Source: an uncultured Chloroflexia bacterium (GTDB taxonomy: Bacteria; Chloroflexota; Limnocylindria; Limnocylindrales; CSP1-4). From it: a stretch of 64,000 bases of DNA. Shown here piece after piece: positions 1 through 8,271 of the stretch; within the stretch, counting starts at the first letter, position 1; each line of letters opens with the position of its first letter. The position numbers and the translations under genes are program-made. The notes below the pieces were generated by a model that saw only the letters and a list, made by a program, of their open reading frames with translations, had not been told where the DNA came from and made no database searches. The stretch spans positions 896,001-960,000 of the forward strand of contig CAWEYL010000001.1 of assembly GCA_963813335.1 (NCBI GenBank). The letters run 5' to 3'.

Positions 1-179
1 GCCGGGAACAGCGGCCGCAGCGATCCGGGTTCGATCGACGGGAAGACGTCCCGCGTCTCGATGGTCTCGAGGTAGTCGGCCATGATGTCGACCACGGCGT
101 GCGCCGCGGCACGGAACTCGGCGGGCGACATGTCGCCGGTCGGCGGGCGGGCGGGGTCGTCGGGTCGCTCGTCGGTCAC
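1..179 (-). CDS. Pyridoxal-dependent (aromatic L-amino acid) decarboxylase, N-terminal part, runs off window
   Basis: Manual translation from GTG 179: MTDERPDDPARPPTGDMSPAEFRAAAHAVVDIMADYLETIETRDVFPSIEPGSLRPLFP, the typical group II decarboxylase N-terminus; TACACT -10 box at 187-192. Confidence 0.8.
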   Translation of the reverse strand, partial: MTDERPDDPARPPTGDMSPAEFRAAAHAVVDIMADYLETIETRDVFPSIEPGSLRPLFP

Positions 180-206
180 GCGCCCGAGTGTACCGAGCGG
201 CGTCCT

Positions 207-1133
207 CTAGATGGAGTCGCCGACCCGCGAGAGGATGTCGATGACCGGCGCCGCCGAGGAAGATAGGCCGACGATCCCGATGATGAAGAAGACCAGGATC
301 AGCCCGATGATGACGGCGCAGGCCATCGCAAGCCCGCGCGACCCGGCGCCGGCGGGGCGGACGAGCGCGGAATTCGCGAACTTGTCGTGGAGTCCCTGTT
401 TCGTCGGGCTCAACGCGGTCGAGACCAGCAGCGCCAGCCACCACAGCAATTGGACACCGCCCAGCCAGGTCTGGTTCGGGGGCAGGACCAGCTCGAACAC
501 CGAGAGGAACAGGCCGAGCCCCACCCAGCGCTTGACCGCCTGCTCGGTCGAGAGCGGCTGCCCGTCGAAGGCGTTGCCGACCTGGATCCCGAAGATGCGC
601 TGGCCGATCGTCGCGCGACGGCCGCCGGACCAGCAGAACACGAAGTAGGCGAGGCTCAGGACCACGATCGGCACGGTGAACGCAGCCCCCGAGACACGAT
701 AGGCGTAGTCGAACCGGCCTGTGGTGATCGTCGCCGTGGCCTCCCCGAGACCGATGATCGAGGCGATGATCCCCGCCACGATGCCGATGAGGATGAGGTC
801 GACCACGTAGGCGATGAACCGCGAGACCGTGTCGGCGAAGGCGAGGCCCGGCGCGACCTCGCGCGGCGGGGGCGGGGGTGCCCAGCCGACCGTCGCCCCG
901 GTCGACGGCGGTGGCGGAGGCGTGCCCGCGGCCGGCGGCTCGGCCGGGGCGCCCCAGCCGACGGGTCCGGCCGGGGGCGGCGGCGCGGTCCATCCGACGG
1001 GCGCCGCCGAGATCAGGCCGGGCTGGGCCGGCGGCGCGGGCGTGACGGTGGTCGGATCGGTCGGGGCGACCGGTGGCGTCGGATCCGATGGTGTCGCTGG
1101 CGGCGCGGGCTGGTCCGGCGTTCCCTCGGTCAT
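207..1133 (-). CDS. RDD family membrane protein with Pro-rich N-terminus
   Basis: RFIAYVVD, ATIGQRIFGIQV and KQGLHDKFA RDD motifs; several TM segments. Confidence 0.85.
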   Translation of the reverse strand: MTEGTPDQPAPPATPSDPTPPVAPTDPTTVTPAPPAQPGLISAAPVGWTAPPPPAGPVGWGAPAEPPAAGTPPPPPSTGATVGWAPPPPPREVAPGLAFADTVSRFIAYVVDLILIGIVAGIIASIIGLGEATATITTGRFDYAYRVSGAAFTVPIVVLSLAYFVFCWSGGRRATIGQRIFGIQVGNAFDGQPLSTEQAVKRWVGLGLFLSVFELVLPPNQTWLGGVQLLWWLALLVSTALSPTKQGLHDKFANSALVRPAGAGSRGLAMACAVIIGLILVFFIIGIVGLSSSAAPVIDILSRVGDSI

Positions 1134-1240
1134 GCGCGCATCCTACGCGACTTGTCACGCCCGCGAGGACCCGTTCGCCGAGCGTGCCCATGACGTTCGG
1201 GTGACGGACGAGCCGGCCCGGCCGCGGGCACGCTGCCGCC

Positions 1241-1444
1241 ATGCGAGATCGCGGCTTCTGCAACCAGTGCGGCACCGTCTACGAGCCTGGTGACGCCTTC
1301 TGCACCCGGTGCTCCAGCCCGCTGTCAGACGTCGCCACCCATCGGCGTCTCGGGCGTGCCGAGATGGCCTGGCTGGTCACGATGGCGATCCTGTGCGTCT
1401 TCGCCGTCGCCTATGTCGGGCTGATGGAGCACGGCCGGATCTAG
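1241..1444 (+). CDS. Small zinc-ribbon membrane protein
   Basis: CNQC...CTRC plus C-terminal hydrophobic helix, 67 aa. Confidence 0.6.
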   Translation: MRDRGFCNQCGTVYEPGDAFCTRCSSPLSDVATHRRLGRAEMAWLVTMAILCVFAVAYVGLMEHGRI

Positions 1445-1459
1445 TGGGTCGTCCCGGTG

Positions 1460-2290
1460 CTATCCGGGCTGCGCGGCCCGCCGCCGGATCGCCAGCACGG
1501 CACCGGCGAGCGACACGATCGCCAGGAACGCGGCCGGTCCGGTGTCCGACCCTGACACGGGCGTCGGGCCGGTCAGCGCATCGGTCGGCGGCGGCGTCGG
1601 AGCCGGGGCGGGCGGCTCGGTCGGCCCCGGGGCAGGCGGCTGGGTCGGCCCGGGGTCGACCGGCGGGGGCGGCGAGGTCAGCACGAACGACACGGCATCG
1701 ATGAGATTGCCCACGGAGTCGTTCCCCGTGGCCGTGCTGACCGCACGGAACGCGAAGCGCGTGCATGTCTGGCCGGCAGGCACGACGTAGTCCGCGGTGT
1801 GGGTGCCCCAGGCGCCGACGCCATCGGTCAGAGGCCCGGAGTCGAAGTCCCACCCGGTCGTCCCGGTGACGTCGGCGGCGTTGGCGTCGCCGATGAGGAC
1901 CTGCATGACGTCGTCGCCTTCCCGGCCATGATGGGCCAACGACCATGTCATGGTGGCGCCGGGCGTGCTGACCACGTCCTGGTAGAGCGTGCCGGCCGAA
2001 TTGGCGTTCAGTTCGGCGAACGCGTTGCCATCATTCGCCGGCACCCCGAGGAAGCCATCGCCCCAGATCTCGATCTGCCCGAGCGTGTCCGTGGTCTGCC
2101 ACGGCGGCACCAACGCCGCCAGGAGCAGGGAGTAGGTGTTCGCCGTGACGACGGGTGTCTCGAAGGACCCGTTGCCGAGCGAATCGGACGAGCCGTCGCA
2201 GACTGCCGCCATCGCGGACCCGGCGCCGGCCAGCCAGCCGAATGCCAGGACAAACGGAAGAGAAAGGGCGCACACACGCTTATCGCGCAT
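1460..2290 (-). CDS. Secreted/surface protein: jelly-roll (DUF642/CBM-like) domain, Pro-rich stalk, C-terminal sorting-type signal
   Basis: ATG 2290 with AAGGAG upstream; signal peptide MRDKRVCALSLPFVLAFGWLAGAGSAMA; NGSFETP, AELNA and GNLID motifs; ends PPPTD-spacer-TM-RRR. Confidence 0.7.
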   Translation of the reverse strand: MRDKRVCALSLPFVLAFGWLAGAGSAMAAVCDGSSDSLGNGSFETPVVTANTYSLLLAALVPPWQTTDTLGQIEIWGDGFLGVPANDGNAFAELNANSAGTLYQDVVSTPGATMTWSLAHHGREGDDVMQVLIGDANAADVTGTTGWDFDSGPLTDGVGAWGTHTADYVVPAGQTCTRFAFRAVSTATGNDSVGNLIDAVSFVLTSPPPPVDPGPTQPPAPGPTEPPAPAPTPPPTDALTGPTPVSGSDTGPAAFLAIVSLAGAVLAIRRRAAQPG

Positions 2291-2415
2291 CGCGGTCACG
2301 CTCCTTGAGGCCCCCCGTCGGCCCCCAGCGCTCGAATGATGACATAGGGCGCAGGCCGGATCGGGCCGTCCCGGCACCTCGACGCGGCTCGATCGGCCGG
2401 TTCCGGCGCCGATGG

Positions 2416-2917
2416 TCAGCCGGCCGGCACCGCCGTGAGCGCCTCCGCGATCGAGGTCGCCCACTCGCGGATCGCCGCCCAGTCGCGATGGTCCCCGTAC
2501 GGGTTCTTGACCATCCGAAGGACGGTGCGCTCGGTGAAGCCGAGCGTGACCTTGTCCGCCTTGCCCGCGAACACCCGGTGGTCGCGGGCTCCGACGAGCG
2601 CGAGGAGCTTCATCCCCTCCGCGGCGTCGGCCGGGTCGGCGATGTCGCGTCCCATCGGTCCGCTCGAGAACAGCCACACCGGTCGCGTTCGCAAGCGCAT
2701 CCGCGGAGCGGTTCACCAGCTCGCGAGCCGGACCCATCCAGCGACCCATGTGGAGCGCGCTGCCGACGATGACGGCGTCGTAGTGGTCGACGGCCCCGAC
2801 ATCCTGGGCGTCGGCGACCTCGACCTCGATCCCCGCGTCACGGATGGTCGCGCCGATCGACTCGGCGATCTCGCGGGTACTGCCGTGCTTCGAGGACACG
2901 GCGATCAGCAGCGTCAC
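2416..2917 (-). CDS. Flavodoxin-domain protein (HemG-like), one frameshift near 2695
   Basis: SSKHGSTREIAESI, YDAVIVGSALHMGRW, then in the next frame PVWLFSSGP...GDHRDWAAIREWA. Confidence 0.8.
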
Positions 2918-2935
2918 GGCGCTCTCTCCTCTCGG

Positions 2936-3484
2936 CTACGCGACCGGCACGCGAGCGCGGGCGAGCGCCGGGTCGCGCATCGCCATGAGCGACACGCCGA
3001 TGCCGTACGTCAGGAACCGCCCCTCTGGCTCGAGCTCGATGATGACGCTCGTCTCCTTGCGATCCTCGGGGACAAGCTTGGCGAGCTCCTTCGACACCGA
3101 CCGCACGTCGAGCGAGCCCGCCGGGTGGACGGTCGCCGTCGCCCGGAACGTGATCGTGGCGGGCGGGATGGGCACCAGCAGCGACAGGAGGCCGCCGCGT
3201 CGGACGGGCACGGTGACGGAGACCTCCTGACCGGTCTCGATCTGGCGTGCCTTCCAGCCGTCCGTGGCGACCGCCAGGTACAGCCGACGATCGACGACCC
3301 CGTACACGACCCCGCTGGAGCGCGGCTCGCCGGCCGCGTTGACGTGGCTGACGACCGCGAACGAGGCGTGCGCCAGTGCCTCCCAGACCGCCTCACGGCT
3401 CAGATAGACCCGGTCGGTCCCAGCCTTGCTCGCCGCCTTGCCGGACGTGTGCGCCGGCCGCACGGTCATGCCCTTGGTGTCCAT
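2936..3484 (-). CDS. Pyridoxamine 5'-phosphate oxidase family (split-barrel) protein
   Basis: FAVVSHVNAAGEPRSSGVVY and WKARQIETGQEVSVTV pattern. Confidence 0.7.
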   Translation of the reverse strand: MDTKGMTVRPAHTSGKAASKAGTDRVYLSREAVWEALAHASFAVVSHVNAAGEPRSSGVVYGVVDRRLYLAVATDGWKARQIETGQEVSVTVPVRRGGLLSLLVPIPPATITFRATATVHPAGSLDVRSVSKELAKLVPEDRKETSVIIELEPEGRFLTYGIGVSLMAMRDPALARARVPVA

Positions 3485-3810
3485 CGGCGTCTCGCCTCCC
3501 GTCCGGGCCAGCGTGGCCAGATGGTGCCGGCGCCGCCAGAGGCATCGGTCATGAAGTCAAGGGAGCCGCTTGACGACCCGTTGCTCGGGTCGATCTCCGG
3601 TGGACCCGGTACTGCGTCAGCCTGCCGCCGCTGTCGATGAGGCTCTACGCCTCTCGAGCACCGGGACCATCGACCCATGGAACACACATGAACCCAGCGC
3701 GAGGCTGGTGCTTCAACTGCGATACGCCAACCGCCCTTCGGCAGACCGGGTGGCGGTCATCTTGGGCTTGGGAGCTGCAGTGGCTCCCGACCCTCAAAGG
3801 AGGTCGCCTG

Positions 3811-4617
3811 ATGCGATCCCGTTTCGTCGCCCTGGCCACCTGCGTGCTGGTCGTGGCTGCCTGCGGCGCCACGGCTCAGCCCTCGGTTTCGACACCTGAG
3901 GCGTCCGAAGCAGCCGGAGCGACCGAGCAGCCAATCGTCGAGTCCGCCAGTCCGACGGCCTCTCAGTCAGCGTCGCTCAGCCCGAGCCCGTCTTCCGAAG
4001 CTACGCCTGAGGCCACTCCCGAGGCCACTCCGGTCGTCACGCCCGTCCCCGCGGCGAAGCCGATCGTCCTGAAAGGCTCGGGAACGCGGAAGACGAAGCC
4101 CTTCGTCATGGTCAGCCCGGCGACAGTCGACCTCGCATACAGCGGCTCGGGCAACTTCATCAGTCACATCGTCCCGGTGGGTGGCGGCGTCTTTGACGGC
4201 GTGAGCCTCTCGAACACCATCGGCAAGACGAAGCTGAAGACCTACGTGTACGACGGCGATATCGACCAGGTCCGGTCATATGCGGACGTCCTCGCCGGAG
4301 GCGGCTCGTGGACGATCACGATCACGGCCGGCGTCCCCAGCCCGCTCCAGGCACCGGCCTCATTCAGCGGCAAGTGGGGCCTGAACACGCGCCTCGTCCA
4401 CCTGTCCGGCGACTACACGGTGACCTTCAGCCACGCCGGCAGCGGGAACTTCATCGTGCACTTGACCCCGCCCGGCGGGTCGGTCTTCGACGGCGAGTCG
4501 GTGGCCAACGAGATCGGCAAGGTGAAGAGCTCGACCGAGGTGTACGGCCTCGATGGCGACTACTTCTTCGATGTCACGGCGGATGGCGCCTGGACGATCT
4601 CGATCAAGCCGCAGTAG
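3811..4617 (+). CDS. Lipoprotein with S/P/T-rich linker and two tandem beta-rich repeats
   Basis: AAGGAGG SD then ATG 3811; lipobox VAAC; duplicated GSGNFI.H..P.GG.VFDG.S..N.IGK. Confidence 0.75.
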   Translation: MRSRFVALATCVLVVAACGATAQPSVSTPEASEAAGATEQPIVESASPTASQSASLSPSPSSEATPEATPEATPVVTPVPAAKPIVLKGSGTRKTKPFVMVSPATVDLAYSGSGNFISHIVPVGGGVFDGVSLSNTIGKTKLKTYVYDGDIDQVRSYADVLAGGGSWTITITAGVPSPLQAPASFSGKWGLNTRLVHLSGDYTVTFSHAGSGNFIVHLTPPGGSVFDGESVANEIGKVKSSTEVYGLDGDYFFDVTADGAWTISIKPQ

Positions 4618-4633
4618 TACCCAAGGCGACAGT

Positions 4634-4664
4634 GAGGCCCCGGCGGACGACCGCTCGGGGCCTC
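4634..4664. terminator. GC-rich hairpin between the lipoprotein gene and the displaced tRNA 3' fragment
   Basis: GAGGCCCCG-GCGG-ACGA-CCGC-T-CGGGGCCTC inverted repeat; no clear U-tract. Confidence 0.5.
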
Positions 4665-4675
4665 GGTGTGTATCA

Positions 4676-4725
4676 GGAGATGGTCGGGGCGGCCGGATTT
4701 GAACCGACGACCACCAGTCCCCCAG
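4676..4725 (-). repeat. att site: duplicated 3' half of tRNA-Pro
   Basis: 50 bp identical to 10233-10282 except one mismatch (T at 4700); identity ends at the anticodon loop. Confidence 0.93.
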
Positions 4726-4820
4726 GCTTGCCAGTAGGGTCCGCCAAGGTCCGCTGACGCCGGTTTCGTGCGTGGATTGGCCAGATGCGGGCCTTCGCAA
4801 ACCGTCGACGTTCGCCCCTA

Positions 4821-4842
4821 TTGCTACCAGCGTTGCCACCAG
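4821..4842. repeat. Tandem 10-mers TTGCTACCAG / TTGCCACCAG, possible integrase arm-type sites
   Basis: 12-bp period, ~95 bp inside the left att. Confidence 0.5.
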
Positions 4843-4914
4843 ACCGGACAATCGCAATACAGTCCCGTTCTATGCTGTCGTCTGACTTAGGGATCGTCCT
4901 AGGAGCGCCGCCTG

Positions 4915-5780
4915 ATGACTGACCGAGAAATCTCTGTGGTGCTCGATGGCCCGCGAACCGAGAATCATCGGGTACCCCTTGATGACTACCTTCGGATCGG
5001 GCAGCACCTCCAAATCGCGATCAAACGCGCGGGCCTCGCGGCCATCGGCGACCGAGAACGTCTCCTCGGCCGGTTGCCAAAGGACGTCGAACAGGTGTGT
5101 TCGCTCGAAGTCGGGCTGCCAGCGGCGGGCTCGTTCTCTGCAACCTTCTACCTTCCGGAGCCACCCGCCTCATTGCAGACTGTTCGGGGACATCGGAGCG
5201 ATTGCGGCCAAGCAGGTGATCGATGGCGTTCAGTCGCTCGTGATTGGCGAGGGCTGGCCGAGCAACTTGGGCCAGGACGTTCGCGCGGAGGTCGCCGAGA
5301 TTGCCAGGGTGCTCGACCACGGCATCACCAGCCTTTCGATCTCGACGAGTGATGCGAAGGCGCTCGTCACCACTGAGAGCCGGCCTCGACTAGCACTCGG
5401 GCCTCGCGAGATCGCCAACGCCGAAGCGGTCATTGTCGGCAGGCTCATGGAGACCGACTACCACGACCTGACGTTGGAAATCCATCCGGCAGCAGGGCCC
5501 GTGGTAAAGGCTCACTACAGCGACGAAATCGAACGCGACGTAAGGGAACACGCAAAGAACCTCGTCTCCGCTAGCGGTTGGGCGAAGCGCGACTCTGCCG
5601 GCCGAAATCACCCACTTTGACGTGCGAACCCTCATGCCGGTCCGGCCAGCTCCCGGCGCGCGGCAGGAGCGAAACGCCCCCCCCTTCGCGTCATCCACGA
5701 TGTCGACGCAGCGTTCTCGGGGTACCCGGATGCCCGAGACGAGGACGAAATCCTGGCGGTCCTAGCAGAAATCCAGGTAA
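4915..5780 (+). CDS. Unknown ~285-aa protein directly upstream of the PIN gene (several indels)
   Basis: AGGAG SD; ORFs 4915-5352 and 4946-5620 join near 5180, and reading continues by hand ITHFDVRTL...DEDEILAVLAEI to a TAATG overlap with the PIN start. Confidence 0.6.
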
Positions 5781-6220
5781 TGGCAGACGACCCTTCTCGC
5801 CTGGTCATCGATACGAACATTGCGATCTTCCTGACCAAAGGCTCGGACAACGGCCGACGAGCCCGTCTCGCCGTCGAGTCGTACGCCATCTCTGTCAGCT
5901 TCTACACGGCCGCTGAGCTATTCCTGACCGCGAAGAAAGCAGCCGACCCGGAAGCGACACGAGACTATTGGGCGGAACGGTTTGACGACGGGCGCATCTC
6001 CGTCCTCTGGCCGGATCTCGACATGTGCCAGACCTGGGCCGATGTCTATGCCGAGTGCAAGGACGCCAAGTACAACCCGTCCTTGTCCGATCTGTGGGTC
6101 GCTGTTACGGGAATCCACCGACGGTCTCCCGGTCTTAACTCACAACGTCAAGCACTTCGAACACTTCGAACGCCTTGACCTGCGAACTCTCGGGCCATTG
6201 CCGAAGCAGCGGACTCCTAG
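5780..6220 (+). CDS. PIN-domain (VapC-like) ribonuclease, frameshift near 6118; end approximate
   Basis: Acidic motifs VIDTN, TAAEL, SDLWVA and, after the shift, LPVLTHNVKHF. Confidence 0.85.
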
Positions 6221-6484
6221 GCGGGCGCTCGGTCGCTACGGCGCCCGCGAGCTCCTGGCGACAGCGGATCAGGGACGGACCAGTCCTCGGCCAACACCTC
6301 GGCGAGCAGGACGCCGCATTCGGCCGCAGAGCGAAACCGAGCCGGCTGGCGACGATATGAACGGTAGGCCCCGGCGCCGACGTTCGGACGGGCGCGATAG
6401 ACCTCGACGTCAGGCATTGGAACTCACCTTACGGCGGACGTCCCCGATCAATGACGCCTGGAAGCCAAAGGAGCGTCTGGGTCG

Positions 6485-6701
6485 TCAGGGATTTTGACGG
6501 GTTTGGGCCGCGGGCGGGTCGAACTCCTGGCCGCAGTGGCGGCAGACGAGCGCCGGCGGACTTGATGCGCTCGGCGCAACGCGGGCAGACCTGCGACGAG
6601 CCCCGCCGGTTCGCGATGAACCGCCAGGTCATGTAGATCGCGAGTGGGTAGACCACGATCGTGCAGACGGCGACGACCCAGACCACGATCAGGCTCGTCA
6701 C
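6485..6701 (-). CDS. Small TM + zinc-ribbon protein (one indel)
   Basis: MTSLIVVWVVAVCTIVVYPLAIYMTWRF...CPRCAERIKSAALVCRHCGQEF after a 1-nt correction near 6555. Confidence 0.6.
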
Positions 6702-6848
6702 GCTCGGTTCGGTGGATGGACCACGTCGCGCTGCCCGGCGCCCGGACGGCCGAACACGTACCGCAGGATCATGCTGATGCCGATGACGCCCGCGGGAATC
6801 CCGACGAACGGGATGAGGGTCAGAAGCGCAGCAGACCGCGATGCCCAC
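6698..6848 (-). CDS. Small (~50 aa) membrane protein, one indel
   Basis: Manual reading LLTLIPFVGIPAGVIGISMILRYVFGRPG; GTGA stop/start overlap with the Zn-ribbon gene. Confidence 0.4.
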
Positions 6849-7183
6849 GAAGCTCGGATATTCGATTCGCTCGGCAGGGGGCGTCAGGGTCAACGGGCAG
6901 GGGCCGAAGGGTGGCCCACGGCTCGGGGGTTGGCTCTGACGACATCCAGCGGTCCCCTGCATCGAGTCGTCGAGTCCCAGGCTGAGAGCCCGACAATCAC
7001 TCTCGGACGATGGCCCAGCCCTATGGGTGCCGAAACTAACCGAAGGTACTGCCACACAGCGAAGCCCAGGTCGCTCCGGCTCGGCTGGCCGCTTGCGCGG
7101 GATCGCCGTCCGGACGCGGACCCGGGGTGGAGTAAGGGTACCCGCCGGTCGTTATCCGCCGGTTGCGCGTTGGGCCGCGCGAC

Positions 7184-7733
7184 CTACCCGCTGCGGCGGC
7201 GGAAGGCGGAGGATAGCCACGATCGGCCGCCCGACCGCTTGGCCGCCCGCTGCGCTTGTTTGTCTTGTTCAGCGGCATCGTCCACCAAGCGCTCCCAGCC
7301 GGACGGGAGATCCGCCGAGGCGAACGCCTCCCGCCACATGCGCACCCGTGCCCGGTCATCCTCGGCCATGACGTACGCGTGCATCGCGTCCCCCTCCTGT
7401 GCTCCGGCGCAGAAGCCGCTGTCGAATCCGGCGGAACTCGGCGCTGAACGCTGCGAGGTAGGCACTCGCGGCATCGACGAAGGCGTCCGGTGACGCCACA
7501 GGTCCCGAGAGCGCGCCGATGCGAAAGCCGGCGAGGACCCCTAGGGCGGCATCGAAGGTCTCGTCCCATCCCCAGTCGCCGGCGTGGAATAGCGCGTTCG
7601 CCAGGCGCAGACCCGGCCACGGCCGCGCGGCTTTCGACTGCGAGGCAAGCACCGCCATGTAGACCATATGGGCCGCCCTGGCCTCGACGCGTGCCTGCTC
7701 TTCGGTGGGCACTCTGGAATGCACTCCGGACAT
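7184..7733 (-). CDS. Hypothetical helical protein (frameshift near 7432)
   Basis: ORFs 7356-7823 (from ATG 7733) and 7184-7474 join into a protein-like ~180-aa sequence. Confidence 0.5.
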
Positions 7734-7928
7734 GGACGGTGCGCCCAAGTTATCCCTCGTTGGAGATCGTGTTGTTGGATATCGTGTTGGAGATTGATGC
7801 CTTGCCGATCGCGGCGAAGTCAACCGAAGGTACGGTCCGGATCGTCACGGATGGGTGACATGATCCCCCCGAGGTCCCGGCCTCCTCCGACGAGGTATCT
7901 GTCACGTAACTCGCGCTACGCTCGCCCA

Positions 7929-8183
7929 ATGGCACGACGGGGCGCCTCCGTGGAACGACGACGCGCCGCCGCGATACAGGGTGGCCAGCGGATGATCGCG
8001 ACCGGGGTCCGGCCGCTGTATCGGGTCACGATCGCGCAGGACGGCTCGTGGGCGGTCGAAGGGTGCCCGTGGCTCTCCGGTAAGGCGACGAGCCGCCACG
8101 AGGCGCTGGCGACTGCACGCGCGGCCGTGGCCGCGATGCTCGAGGTCGACGAGGATCGGTTCGACGCGGAGCCCGCAGGCTAG
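7929..8183 (+). CDS. HicB-like (partial RNase H fold) small protein
   Basis: YRVTIAQDGSWAVEGCPWLSGKATSRHEALATARAAVAAMLEV resembles the HicB N-terminal pattern. Confidence 0.55.
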   Translation: MARRGASVERRRAAAIQGGQRMIATGVRPLYRVTIAQDGSWAVEGCPWLSGKATSRHEALATARAAVAAMLEVDEDRFDAEPAG

Positions 8184-8271
8184 GCAGGTCCGCGTGAGGA
8201 CAGCGTTGCGCTGAGCCAGTCGTATCCTTCGTTGTGGCGTCGACTCAAGGGAAGGTCACCGGAGGCGGGCC

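Noticed and set aside
1460-2917. 485-aa flavodoxin-surface protein fusion ORF
   Set aside because: Artefact of the indel near 2695; the surface protein has its own SD, ATG (2290) and signal peptide
4681-4725. Second tRNA-Pro gene
   Set aside because: Only the 3' half is present (no D-arm or 5' acceptor strand); it is an att site
7031-7049. Repeated motif as a LexA SOS box
   Set aside because: Does not fit GAAC-N4-GTTC in spacing or symmetry
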